DNA from: Fibrobacteria bacterium
GTDB lineage: Bacteria > Fibrobacterota > Chitinivibrionia > Chitinivibrionales > FEN-1185
Reading direction: 5' to 3'
Assembly: GCA_037447435.1 (NCBI GenBank)
Contig: JBBIGR010000012.1
Span: forward strand, 40,127 to 104,126
Length of the DNA: 64,000 bases
The notes under the pieces are model-generated. The model made no database searches and was not told the DNA's origin. It saw only the letters and a program-made list of their open reading frames with translations. Below are positions 39,091 through 49,104 of this stretch, one piece after another. Numbering within the stretch: the stretch's first letter is position 1; each line of letters starts with the position of its first letter. A program made the translations under genes and the position numbers.

Positions 39091-39621
39091 ATGAAAACAT
39101 TTGGAGGTCCGGTCCTGTTTCTTGACAGGTCCGACATCAATACCGATGAAATAATACCGGCTAAATATTTGACCGAAGTCACCAAAGAAGCGCTTGCTCC
39201 TCATTTGCTTGAAGACCTGAAACTTGAAGGATTCGACCCGCAAGGAGCGACCTTGAAAAACAGCAGAGTGGTAGTTTCCAGGGCAAATTTCGGCTGCGGC
39301 TCTTCCCGCGAACATGCGCCTTGGGCATTTGAAGTCAATGGCATTACCGTTGTTGTCGCAGAAAGCTTTGCTCGTATTTTCAGACAAAACATGTTTAATT
39401 GCGGCATGCTTGCCATAGAACTTTCAAAGCAGGAACTCGACACGTTATTTGCGGAATGCGATCCCTCATCGACCATATGCGATGTTGATTTTGCAAATAA
39501 GACTCTGATTTTTTCCTGGGGCAAAGGACAAAGCAAATCCGTTTCATTTACGCTTGCCGAATTCGACAACGCGCTTGTAAACGCAGGCGGGTGGCTTGAA
39601 TTTGCCGATGCGAAATATTGA
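39091..39621 (+). CDS. leuD: 3-isopropylmalate dehydratase small subunit
   Basis: INTDEIIPA, NFGCGSSREHA and SFARIF..N motifs. Confidence 0.93.
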   Translation: MKTFGGPVLFLDRSDINTDEIIPAKYLTEVTKEALAPHLLEDLKLEGFDPQGATLKNSRVVVSRANFGCGSSREHAPWAFEVNGITVVVAESFARIFRQNMFNCGMLAIELSKQELDTLFAECDPSSTICDVDFANKTLIFSWGKGQSKSVSFTLAEFDNALVNAGGWLEFADAKY

Positions 39622-39644
39622 TTTTTTATTTTAGCCGATCGGCC

Positions 39645-39672
39645 AAAGGGAAGCTGGCGACAGCTTCCCTTT
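39645..39672 (+). terminator. Intrinsic terminator after leuD
   Basis: aaagggaagctg-gcga-cagcttcccttt followed by gtttt. Confidence 0.8.
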
Positions 39673-39766
39673 GTTTTAGGGTTTCGTATGGTTTTGCCAT
39701 GTATATTATGGTATAATTTATTTATTGTCCAAATTTAAGAACCTTATTTGTATTGCTGATTAATTT

Positions 39767-41605
39767 ATGGAAAAAAACGAGGACAACGGGTTCGAACGCC
39801 TCAACCTCACCCCGGACAAATCTCCAATAGCGCTTCCAGACGGAAAAAAGCAAATTCCACTTGGATCGGGTGTTATTACAAAGTTGCTTGGAAGCGGCGG
39901 CATGGCCGCGGTATACGAGATTTGGAACCCGGAGCTCGAAATGCATCGCGCCGTGAAACTGATCAACCCGGGATCTGCCGACATCGTTCATCAAAGATTC
40001 CAAACGGAAATAAAAATAAGTGCTAAGCTTAAACATACGAACATAGTTGAGATTCACGGCATTGGCTTATGGCAAGGACTTCCATTCATTGAAATGGAGA
40101 AAGTCGAAGGCATCGGGCTTGATGAAATCATCAGCAACCGCGGTGCCTTAAACGCCGTTGTTGCTACATCGATAGGCATCATGATTTGCAGAGCGCTTGA
40201 ATACGCTCATACGCAGGATTGCACGATTTACGGTAAAAATTATCACGGCGTCATCCATCGTGACCTCAAGCCCGGTAATATCATGGTCGGTAAAAATGGA
40301 ATCGTCAAGCTCATGGATTTCGGTATTGCCCGTCCCGTCGACGTTACTTTTCAAACAATGGACGGCCTGGTCTCCGGCACTTTACCGTATTTGGCGCCGG
40401 AACAAATCGAAAAAAAGAAATTGGATGTGCAAACCGATATTTATGCCCTCGGTGCAACCTTATATGAAATTGTCACCGGGACTGTTGCGTTTCCTCAAAA
40501 CAACTTCGCGCAACTTGTCGCTTGCAAAACAAGGGGCAGGTTCAAACCGATTGAGGAGTTTTCGGTCAGGCTGCCGCTTCGGCTTCGTCGCGTCATTTAC
40601 AAATGCATGCAGCGGGATATCCAGAAACGATTCGATTCCGCGGAAACCCTTCTTGACGAGCTTGAGAAAATACACAACAGCCTGACAAAGAAGACCCCCG
40701 AGGAAATAATGACCCTCACGGTTGCCGATGCCGGAAGCACGAAACTTGTTCTTGCGCAACGCAAACGATTGCCGTGGAAACTTGTTGCCTGCACCGGGCT
40801 GGTTTTAATTGCGGCCGCAATAACGAATCGATATAAGGCCCCTTTGCTATCTAAAATCAATTCTATCCGAAAAGCAAATGCCCCCCAGACATTTAAGGCA
40901 ACATCCTCGGGTTCTTCCATAAATCAAAGCCCACCCCAGGTACCTGCGGATTCCGCATCCAAAGCAATGCCAAGCCGATTGCCTTTTGCGGCAAAGCAAA
41001 AACGCGAATCCAACGACAAGACAATACCGAACCGGCCTCCAAACCAGCCGAACAAAAAAAAACTTATAGAAACCTTGAGCGACAAATATGAAACCAGCGA
41101 CCCTATTGCAATTATGACCAAAGAGCTGGGTTTAAAAAATTATGCCAATGTCATCGCTATTTTCAATTCTTTATCGTTGGACCAAGCAAAATCCAATCAT
41201 GCACTCTTATGTAAAATGCATGCGCTCGAAGGTATCGGTGACCTTTCAATTTTAACGAGCTTTTTTCAAGACAACACGATAAATGACGGCGAATATTTCC
41301 TAGGAAAAGCGAAATTCGCTTATAGACGAAACGATTTAAGCGCATGCCTAAAATCGTTGGATCAAGCCATGAAAAGTCCTCATGTTTTTATTGATTACGA
41401 TTTGCTCAAAAGGGAGGTATATTATTACATGGCGCTTTGTGCAACGGCCCAATTCGATGCAAGCCCGAATGAACAGACGTATAAAAGTGCGCTGGATTCC
41501 TGGTGGCAGGTAAGAACCTCACTTCGTACCGATCCGGGTAACGAATATATGCTGAGGGCAAATCAAGAACTGCAGCGAATGGGCAAGAAAATGCAAAAAG
41601 GATAG
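39767..41605 (+). CDS. Hanks-type Ser/Thr protein kinase with TM helix and helical C-terminal domain
   Basis: GSGGMA.VY, AVK, HRDLKPGN, DFG and YLAPE motifs; TM near aa 340. Confidence 0.92.
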   Translation: MEKNEDNGFERLNLTPDKSPIALPDGKKQIPLGSGVITKLLGSGGMAAVYEIWNPELEMHRAVKLINPGSADIVHQRFQTEIKISAKLKHTNIVEIHGIGLWQGLPFIEMEKVEGIGLDEIISNRGALNAVVATSIGIMICRALEYAHTQDCTIYGKNYHGVIHRDLKPGNIMVGKNGIVKLMDFGIARPVDVTFQTMDGLVSGTLPYLAPEQIEKKKLDVQTDIYALGATLYEIVTGTVAFPQNNFAQLVACKTRGRFKPIEEFSVRLPLRLRRVIYKCMQRDIQKRFDSAETLLDELEKIHNSLTKKTPEEIMTLTVADAGSTKLVLAQRKRLPWKLVACTGLVLIAAAITNRYKAPLLSKINSIRKANAPQTFKATSSGSSINQSPPQVPADSASKAMPSRLPFAAKQKRESNDKTIPNRPPNQPNKKKLIETLSDKYETSDPIAIMTKELGLKNYANVIAIFNSLSLDQAKSNHALLCKMHALEGIGDLSILTSFFQDNTINDGEYFLGKAKFAYRRNDLSACLKSLDQAMKSPHVFIDYDLLKREVYYYMALCATAQFDASPNEQTYKSALDSWWQVRTSLRTDPGNEYMLRANQELQRMGKKMQKG

Positions 41606-41608
41606 TAC

Positions 41609-42538
41609 ATGGCAATGGGATTTCGTTTTCCGTCGATTATTCTACTTTCACTACTTTTTGTTCTCGCTATTCCCGATGCATCCGCATCGGAACCCGATTC
41701 AAACAGCCTACTTCTTCCGGTTGTACCCAAGTCCTTTGAGAATGAGAAAACCATTTCAATCTCCGGCCCGCTTCAAGACACTATAAAAGCAAACCGAACC
41801 CCCTATATGGTTGTAAGCGATATCGAAGTACCTTTGGGAAAAATCGTTGTCATTCAACCGGGAACGGTCTTTTTATTTAAAAACCTTTCCGGACTTCACG
41901 TGCAAGGAAAACTTATCGCTGTCGGAACAAAGCAGCGCCCCATTGTTTTCTCTTCCGAAAACGACAGAACGGCAAATCCTTCGACCTCGCAATATCCGAA
42001 CCCCTATGACTGGAACGGAATTTATGTCCACGCCGACGCGACAGGGAGTGTTTTTTCTTTTTGCGCTGTCAATTATTCGGTTTACGGCATTGTTTCCGAG
42101 ACAAAATTTTTCCGTGCCGATCCGGTTTCGTTTCGACAAAACGGGAAAAGCAATTTAGTGATCGAAGGAAAAAATGTCGCTTCGGGCGACACAACCGTCA
42201 ATTACACAACGTCAATCACCGGCGCCCAGGCGCCGGGTATAGCTTCACTGCCGGAATCGGACCCTTACCAATTCAAACGCGACATCGTGCGGTACTCCGG
42301 CTTTTCTCTTTTACTCGCCGGAATTGCCGGAGGAATTTACTCCGGCATGCAGTGGAAAAAATATCAGGATGAATTAAACTCCATTAGCACGAATGATCCG
42401 AATGCAATACGTTCGATTAACGAAACCGATTGGGTGGCGACCCGGAATACTCGCGACAACAATCGCCTCTACACGGGCTTAGGCGCAGCAGTGTTTTTAC
42501 TGGGCGCGGCCGGATTTTATTGGAGCTTTACTTTTTAA
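41609..42538 (+). CDS. Exported hypothetical protein with beta-helix-like N-domain and C-terminal TM helices
   Basis: Signal peptide. PY.V..D..V..G..I.PGT...L.V.G.L.A.GT...PI.F motif. Two C-terminal hydrophobic segments. Confidence 0.65.
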   Translation: MAMGFRFPSIILLSLLFVLAIPDASASEPDSNSLLLPVVPKSFENEKTISISGPLQDTIKANRTPYMVVSDIEVPLGKIVVIQPGTVFLFKNLSGLHVQGKLIAVGTKQRPIVFSSENDRTANPSTSQYPNPYDWNGIYVHADATGSVFSFCAVNYSVYGIVSETKFFRADPVSFRQNGKSNLVIEGKNVASGDTTVNYTTSITGAQAPGIASLPESDPYQFKRDIVRYSGFSLLLAGIAGGIYSGMQWKKYQDELNSISTNDPNAIRSINETDWVATRNTRDNNRLYTGLGAAVFLLGAAGFYWSFTF

Positions 42539-42568
42539 TTTTCCGGGCTTGTTTGCAAAGGAACAGAC

Positions 42569-44170
42569 ATGAAACGATTCTCTGCCGCATCGAGCGGAAT
42601 ACTTACAATGGCTATTATCGCCTGTATGGTATGTTGTTCAAAGGACTACAACCCCTTTGAAAACATTTCAAACGCGCAAGTCCATATCGCTTTAGAATCA
42701 TGCTCGAAAAGGATACGCAACAACGACACGTTGCTCATATTTTCCACCGAGACGCTTTCTGTATATACGACTGTTCGGGAAAAGATCGATTCAATCAGGT
42801 TCCATGCCGACGGCAACCGGTTGCAAAACGACATGACCTTTCTTCCGCCCTTCACATCCGACAATATCGACTTTCTTTTTTCTTTTGCCGATACCGGCAA
42901 ACATACGGTTTCCGCGGTCGCCTATCGCTCCGATAAATCAACCTCAGCCGCCGGCCCGCTTTCTTTTGTTGTAAAATCCCCCTTAAAACAGGATTCCATA
43001 TTCTCCGTGTTCGGTGGGCCGGTTTCCCTGGCTACCGATTCGGTTGACGATAACGACGTTTTATACTGGTGGTCATTCGGACTCGGTGTCGGCGATACCA
43101 TTTACGGCCCGTTTTGCAAGTTCAAATATCCATCGCCCGACAATATTGTGCCCGGCAAAAAAGCTACGGGATATCTTTGGGTCACGGACTTGAAGGAAAA
43201 GGACGTTTCACCCATTAGTTCCTTTTCATATGAATTTTACCGTGCGGCCGCTCCGGTCATCAAATGTACCAGCCAAGGATACCGAAATAAAGACACGGTC
43301 GCAAGCGGCGATACCCTTGTTTTTTCTATCAAAGTCACTGATTCTTCCGGCGTCGGCCTTAACAAGGTTTTAATTGACGGCGCGGAAGTTTCGGCAATCG
43401 CCGGCGGCGAATATTCTACAATTTATACCGGTATTAAGAAATTTTCGGGCGTGGCCCCTAAAACCGTCACTGTTTTAGCAATTAACAATGTCAATGATAC
43501 AACAAGCCAATCGTTTTATTGTTTTTATGAACCGACCAATATCCTCCCTACTATTGTGAAGCTTGGCCTTATCAATCCGTCATCCTCGATTTCGACAAGG
43601 CTTAATTACGTCACCTTTGTCGTTTCGGTCGCAAAACTTACGAAAGATACCGTCAACGTGCGCGTCCTTCAGAACGGGCAACTCGTTAAAACCCAGGCGG
43701 TAACCGATTCGGTGAAAGTCCTGTTCTGGGACCTTAACCAACTTGTGACCGGCGCCAACGTAATCGAAACGCAAGCCCTGATTCGTAGCCAAAAATATGC
43801 GGACACGTCCATTACCATCACGCAGGTTCCTTCATTTACGGATGTTACGCCACCGCAGATTGTTTCGATTTTTATCAATAAAAAATTATTCACGGGGAAC
43901 CCATTCACTCTGGCGGCAACCGATCAAAATTTCGCCGTGACCGTTATGACATTCGATAATGAAAGCGGTATTGCGTCGGTCAAGCTGCGCAACAAATTGG
44001 CGCTTGGAAATATCGCCATGACGGACAGTCTTGCCTTACATGCATGGGTGAGCGATAAGATTACCATGCCGGCGAACGGCGTTCTGAAACAATCCCAGGT
44101 AAATTTGATCCTCACTGTCACGAACAATGCGAACCTGACCATTACCGACACCATTACGGTTAAAAAGTAA
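42569..44170 (+). CDS. Putative lipoprotein with Ig-like domains
   Basis: Hydrophobic N-terminus with C-S-K...YNPF. DVTPP and D.ESGIASV Ig-like motifs. AAAGGA RBS. Confidence 0.65.
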   Translation: MKRFSAASSGILTMAIIACMVCCSKDYNPFENISNAQVHIALESCSKRIRNNDTLLIFSTETLSVYTTVREKIDSIRFHADGNRLQNDMTFLPPFTSDNIDFLFSFADTGKHTVSAVAYRSDKSTSAAGPLSFVVKSPLKQDSIFSVFGGPVSLATDSVDDNDVLYWWSFGLGVGDTIYGPFCKFKYPSPDNIVPGKKATGYLWVTDLKEKDVSPISSFSYEFYRAAAPVIKCTSQGYRNKDTVASGDTLVFSIKVTDSSGVGLNKVLIDGAEVSAIAGGEYSTIYTGIKKFSGVAPKTVTVLAINNVNDTTSQSFYCFYEPTNILPTIVKLGLINPSSSISTRLNYVTFVVSVAKLTKDTVNVRVLQNGQLVKTQAVTDSVKVLFWDLNQLVTGANVIETQALIRSQKYADTSITITQVPSFTDVTPPQIVSIFINKKLFTGNPFTLAATDQNFAVTVMTFDNESGIASVKLRNKLALGNIAMTDSLALHAWVSDKITMPANGVLKQSQVNLILTVTNNANLTITDTITVKK

Positions 44171-44193
44171 TTCCGACACTGCCGACAAAACAG

Positions 44194-44225
44194 AAAAGGG
44201 GAAGCGACGTGTCGCTTCCCCTTTT
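44194..44225. terminator. Bidirectional terminator between convergent genes
   Basis: aaaaggggaagcgac-gt-gtcgcttcccctttt. Confidence 0.85.
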
Positions 44226-44251
44226 TGCAACCTCGATCTTTTCAGGAACTG

Positions 44252-45535
44252 TCAGAACGTTCCGGTAATAATAATTTCCGGTCTGGTCTTTAGCTGATTA
44301 TTATAAGCATTGGTCGGCGCGTTCTGGTTTAATTCGGTAAAAAATAAACGGACTCGAGGCGTTATCGAAAAGTTCTTATTGATCGCCCAGGCATACTTGA
44401 TATCAAAGAAAGGATACCAGTCGTTTACCGTCGTGTCGCTCAAATTCACATCGTTCGAAAGAAGGAAATCGAAATCCAATTTTCCCGTCGCGAATTTCAA
44501 TGTCGTGCCGATTCCGGTTTCCGTACCGTACCGGTCATAGAATTTATCGTACATTTTTCCACCGGCTGCTGTTTGGTTAAAAGGATCCTTCCAAACGCTA
44601 TCTCCCCATGACATTGCATTGGAATTTCTTGCATACGCATACCCGGCGCGCAGGCTTGCCATATCGTTGAGTTTATATCCGAGATCCATACCCGCACCGT
44701 ACTCAATGTCGCCTTTTTTCTTTGTAACGCTGTATGTTCGGTTCGGCGTAATGAAAACCTGAGGATTTGCACTTAAGCCCGCTATTTTCATCGGCAGGTC
44801 GAGTAAGAATTCCACTGCCGTGGAATTATATTGCATGCCGGTAGTTGCCAATACGACGCTTCGGTGTTCAAATATCGCCGATGTCATATCAATGCCGAGC
44901 GAAAAGGGGCCGTTGAGAATGGGCGCACCCAATTTCAACCCCGTCTGACCGAAATTCGTTACCGTTCCCCATGGAGTATGGGCTGCGGTTTTATAGGTTC
45001 TGTTGTTCAGGATAGACGCACCCACAAGGTCCATCATCATAGATCCCTTTACCGGTACGATACCTGCCAGGATATGCATATATCCGGGATCCCATTGCGC
45101 ATATGCAAGGCTGAACCACGGCGTCAACGATTCTCTTTTCAAATAATAATTGCCGGGAATTCCGGTGGCGGTTTCCGTCCCATACCAGTCGTTACCCAAT
45201 TCCAAATTGATTAATGTTTGGTCATTTGGTTTTGCATTGACGCCTACTTTATAAGCGATCTGATAACTGTATTGGGCGCCTTCCATCGTTAAACCGTTTT
45301 TGAGATAATTCGTGGAAACGTCTTCCCGCAAACGCAGCATGGCCATGCCATACCATGAAACCGACGCCGCCGCTGCCGGTTTTTCTACTTTGGCCGCAGG
45401 TTTTTCGACCTTTAACGGTGCCGATTGCACAGTTTTTTCAGGTGCCGGTGCAGCCGGGACGACGGTTGTCGTATCAGCCGCAAAAACATACCCGCAAAAA
45501 GCAAGTAACGATACTACGGAAAGAATCGCACGCAT
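44252..45535 (-). CDS. Outer-membrane beta-barrel/porin-like protein
   Basis: Signal peptide, alternating amphipathic strands and a C-terminal Phe. AAGGAGG RBS. Confidence 0.65.
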   Translation of the reverse strand: MRAILSVVSLLAFCGYVFAADTTTVVPAAPAPEKTVQSAPLKVEKPAAKVEKPAAAASVSWYGMAMLRLREDVSTNYLKNGLTMEGAQYSYQIAYKVGVNAKPNDQTLINLELGNDWYGTETATGIPGNYYLKRESLTPWFSLAYAQWDPGYMHILAGIVPVKGSMMMDLVGASILNNRTYKTAAHTPWGTVTNFGQTGLKLGAPILNGPFSLGIDMTSAIFEHRSVVLATTGMQYNSTAVEFLLDLPMKIAGLSANPQVFITPNRTYSVTKKKGDIEYGAGMDLGYKLNDMASLRAGYAYARNSNAMSWGDSVWKDPFNQTAAGGKMYDKFYDRYGTETGIGTTLKFATGKLDFDFLLSNDVNLSDTTVNDWYPFFDIKYAWAINKNFSITPRVRLFFTELNQNAPTNAYNNQLKTRPEIIITGTF

Positions 45536-45807
45536 CAAACCTCCTTGAAAAGGGTGATTAAATATAGTATGTTAATTATAACAAATGACAACAATGGCCT
45601 ATGATCACGGTGCGCCATTCGATTTCTTATGAATGTTGCTAAACATTCACAGGAAAATTTATTGTACAATGTCTGTTTTGGAAAATCACTAACAATTTTC
45701 TAACAATCGAGTTCGTCGCCAGCCATTGCAAGATAAAAATTGACGGGATTTCCCGTAGCAGAATAACCGTTGCCCCAATTTTTTGCCCATTATATACTTA
45801 ATACACT

Positions 45808-47736
45808 ATGAAAAGACACGCTATCGCCCTTTGCATTCACCCGATTAAAAATTCCCTCGTTTCAAAAGGGGCTTTTCGCGAGGCGATCAATGCCTTTGCA
45901 CAAACCGTGCTCGATATTGGTTCGAATCATCAAAACATACGCCTGAATCTCATTATGCCCGGTTTTTTCCTTGAAACCATAGACCCCATGCTTTTGCTGC
46001 CGCTTCGTGAAATGCATAAACGCGGCGCCATAGAATGGTTGACAACAGGTTATACGGAGCCGTTTTTAAGTTTTTCTCCCCAATGGCTCATACGGGAAAA
46101 CCTGAAATACGGCGTCAACACATTTTCCGAATACGTCGGAACCAGGCCGTCGGGCTTTGTGCCGTCTTTTTCAAATTGGGAACCGTCGTATATCGATACG
46201 CTGCGGGAAGCGCATTTGCCGTATGCGGTTTTATCGCGCTCGCTCCTTCCCAAACAACACCGTAACCGGCTGGGGTATTGGATAAACGAATTTGCGGGAT
46301 CATCAATCGTCATTTTTCCGGCCTATACGATTTTTTCCCCAAAAAGCCCTGCTGCCCTCGAATCCTGGATAGACCAGCAATTCGACCAGGACCCGTCGCC
46401 GTCGCCGTCCGTAAAACTGCTGTGCATAAAATATTTCTTTCAATTGCTTTCGTCCGACACCGCCGCGATCGCCGATAATTTGCGTGAAACGGTAAAGGTC
46501 CTTGACAAGTTTCTTCTCACATATCAACCAGTCCGCTTTACCGAATTTTTGGCCTCAAATCCGCCGCTCGGTTTGCAATACGTGCCGCAAAGCATTGTTT
46601 TCCATCGCGACGATTCGGAAACCGAACCGAGTTTTCTCAATTCGCTGCACTCATTCGACCAGGTCGGCATCATACAACGGAAAATGATGGACGTCGCCGA
46701 CAATATCGCATCCCGTAAAGAATCAAAACATTTCGAACCGTATAAAAAGACCCTTTTTTTCGTCCAGGACGTCAACCGGTACATTCCCTCGGTCGAATCC
46801 GGATTCATCAAAGTGCAAGACCGTATGTGGTGTTATGAGAAACTCATCGATATAGAACACGAGCTCAGGGAACGGGACAAGATCGCCGGCGGTCAGATAC
46901 GGATATCCGACTTTCTGCGAAACGGCGGCAAAAACATCATTATGACAAACAAGAACGTCGCCGTATATATCGACCATAAAAACGGCGGCCATGTTTTCGA
47001 ATTGGACGTGCGGCGGCGGCGTTGCAACATTTGTGCGGGGTATAATCCGGCGCGTCATTCGTTACCCATGATCATCGAGCCCGGAATTTCTCATACCGCC
47101 TTCATAGACCATATCGTTTCGAACGAAACGACCGCCGAGGATTTCAAGGCAAAGCGGTTTTTGGAAATCGGCGACTTCTTCAGCGGCGCCTTCGAATACA
47201 AAATCAAGAAAACCGAATCGAACATTAAGGCAGTGCTTAACCGCCAGGGTTCAATTGTCCAATCGGAAAAAACATGCCCGCTTTCCATGGAAAAAGTTTT
47301 CGGCCTCGAAAAGGAACACCCTGTCCTGCCGTTCGTATACCAGCTCTCAAATCATTCGCTGACGCCGTATTCTTTCAGGCTGGCGATCGAAATGACGTTT
47401 TCACTCCCCGGCATTGCCGACAATACCGCATTTTTAATGCACAACAAAGACAAAATAGCTGGACTCGGCGGCCAACTCATATGCCTTCCGCAGATTTTGC
47501 AATGGCATATCGCAGACCCCGTCTGCGGCGTGCGGATTCATTGCGTTTTGCAAAAGCCGATGGACCTGTGGTGCTTTCCCGCCGTTGACTTAAAAGAAGA
47601 GGGCGTCCCGCAGGACGGCGTGACGATCGTGCTTTCGAGCCCGGTTTCGCTCTTGGGCAGCGATATGTGGAGTTGCATGGGCAAACTCCATTTCAAACGC
47701 ATGGCACTTTTAGGGAAAAAAACCGATGAGATCTGA
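45808..47736 (+). CDS. GH57 / 4-alpha-glucanotransferase-like protein (DUF1926-type C-terminus), catalytically degenerate
   Basis: IEWLTTGYTEP.L and RP.G segment, plus the C-terminal D...G..E-like, GG.V.E.D and FIDH segments. Canonical HxHQP and WLPE motifs are altered. Confidence 0.7.
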   Translation: MKRHAIALCIHPIKNSLVSKGAFREAINAFAQTVLDIGSNHQNIRLNLIMPGFFLETIDPMLLLPLREMHKRGAIEWLTTGYTEPFLSFSPQWLIRENLKYGVNTFSEYVGTRPSGFVPSFSNWEPSYIDTLREAHLPYAVLSRSLLPKQHRNRLGYWINEFAGSSIVIFPAYTIFSPKSPAALESWIDQQFDQDPSPSPSVKLLCIKYFFQLLSSDTAAIADNLRETVKVLDKFLLTYQPVRFTEFLASNPPLGLQYVPQSIVFHRDDSETEPSFLNSLHSFDQVGIIQRKMMDVADNIASRKESKHFEPYKKTLFFVQDVNRYIPSVESGFIKVQDRMWCYEKLIDIEHELRERDKIAGGQIRISDFLRNGGKNIIMTNKNVAVYIDHKNGGHVFELDVRRRRCNICAGYNPARHSLPMIIEPGISHTAFIDHIVSNETTAEDFKAKRFLEIGDFFSGAFEYKIKKTESNIKAVLNRQGSIVQSEKTCPLSMEKVFGLEKEHPVLPFVYQLSNHSLTPYSFRLAIEMTFSLPGIADNTAFLMHNKDKIAGLGGQLICLPQILQWHIADPVCGVRIHCVLQKPMDLWCFPAVDLKEEGVPQDGVTIVLSSPVSLLGSDMWSCMGKLHFKRMALLGKKTDEI

Positions 47737-48355
47737 AGCGCTCGACATCACCATCGTCTCCCGCAAGGGTGCGATATGGCTCATTTTGTCTGGGCCGTTT
47801 CATGCGGAACAGGTACCGGGAATGCGCGAAAAAATCGCGGGCCTCATAGACGACGGCACCCGTAAAATAATCATAGACCTTGAAAATATCACCGATATCG
47901 ACGAAACCGTACCTTCGATGTTTTTAAATCTGCTCAACGTCGTGCGCGGCAAGGGCGGCGACATGCTCCTTGTTTTCAGAAACGAGGCCCTGACAAAATC
48001 TTTTTTGCCCTATAAAAGTCTTTTTTCAATTTATGCCGACGAAAAAGCAATCCCCACTGGCGGCCTGTTTTCCTTGTGGCGAAAACGGGGAAAACTGTTG
48101 TCGCGCAAGACCGGAATCCGTATTTCGCGACCCATCGCCGTTGTTTTGCTTGTAACGCTTTTCGGCTGGATTCTCACTCTGTTCCTCATTATCAACATGC
48201 AACATCAACGGATCAGGCAACAGGAACTTGAAATCAGAACGACCAACGAATGGAAGCGCAACGCGACCGTCGAATTGCAAACCTTACGCGAACGGTTGAA
48301 ACCGCTGGAACAACTCGGTATTACAAAGGACAATACTCCGAAGCAGGGCCCATGA
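47726..48355 (+). CDS. STAS-domain protein with TM helix and coiled coil
   Basis: L.G......E.I..LI..G..KIIIDL.NI..ID STAS pattern; TM near aa 135-157. Confidence 0.75.
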   Translation: MRSEALDITIVSRKGAIWLILSGPFHAEQVPGMREKIAGLIDDGTRKIIIDLENITDIDETVPSMFLNLLNVVRGKGGDMLLVFRNEALTKSFLPYKSLFSIYADEKAIPTGGLFSLWRKRGKLLSRKTGIRISRPIAVVLLVTLFGWILTLFLIINMQHQRIRQQELEIRTTNEWKRNATVELQTLRERLKPLEQLGITKDNTPKQGP

Positions 48356-49095
48356 CCAAAACGCATGAAGGCGCCTTAATACGAATCGGGCTTCTTATCC
48401 ACGGCAATAAGATCTGGATGTCCGAATTCGTCAGTATTTTCCTCGTCGGCCTGGTCCTCGCCGTTTTGTTCGGACTTACCTTGACTATTGTTATCGACGA
48501 AGCGGTCATCCATCACAACGACGGGAAAATTTCGGCCCTGCAAAACGACAGCATATCGATCGCCAAAAACATTTCCGACTATTCCCAGAAAGCGACAATC
48601 GTCGACGCGCTTACTTCGTTTCGCGGCAGCTGTATTTCCCGCCAAACAAACACGCAGTTGGCGGAACTTGTTTTTGCAAGCTCTTCGACCTACGGATACG
48701 ATCCGTATTTGCTTTTGGCGGTCATTACCGTGGAAAGCAAATTCATCCCGCAAGCCAAAGGCCAGTATCGCTCCGGCGAATTCAGCGGCGCCTTCGGGCT
48801 TATGCAAATTAAATTGGAAACTGCGCAGGAAATCGGGAAAAACCTCGGATTGACCGTCAGGAATGTCGGAGACTTATACAAGCCGGAAGTCAACCTTGCG
48901 GTGGGCGTGGCGTATCTGACGAGGCTCATTGCCCAGTTCCACAGCTTCAAACTCGGCCTGCTCGCCTATAACCAGGGCCCGGGCGTCATCAGGGAATATC
49001 TGAATACGCAGACACCGCTCTCGATCGACTATTACAACAAAGTACTCAAGAATTATTATTTGCTGAAAAAAGCCTCTGCACAAATCAACAAGTAA
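48352..49095 (+). CDS. Lytic transglycosylase (SLT domain)
   Basis: LAVITVES.F, GAFGLMQI and LLAYNQG motifs; N-terminal TM; ATGA overlap with the STAS gene. Confidence 0.9.
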   Translation: MTKTHEGALIRIGLLIHGNKIWMSEFVSIFLVGLVLAVLFGLTLTIVIDEAVIHHNDGKISALQNDSISIAKNISDYSQKATIVDALTSFRGSCISRQTNTQLAELVFASSSTYGYDPYLLLAVITVESKFIPQAKGQYRSGEFSGAFGLMQIKLETAQEIGKNLGLTVRNVGDLYKPEVNLAVGVAYLTRLIAQFHSFKLGLLAYNQGPGVIREYLNTQTPLSIDYYNKVLKNYYLLKKASAQINK

Positions 49096-49104
49096 CAGCG
49101 GCCC

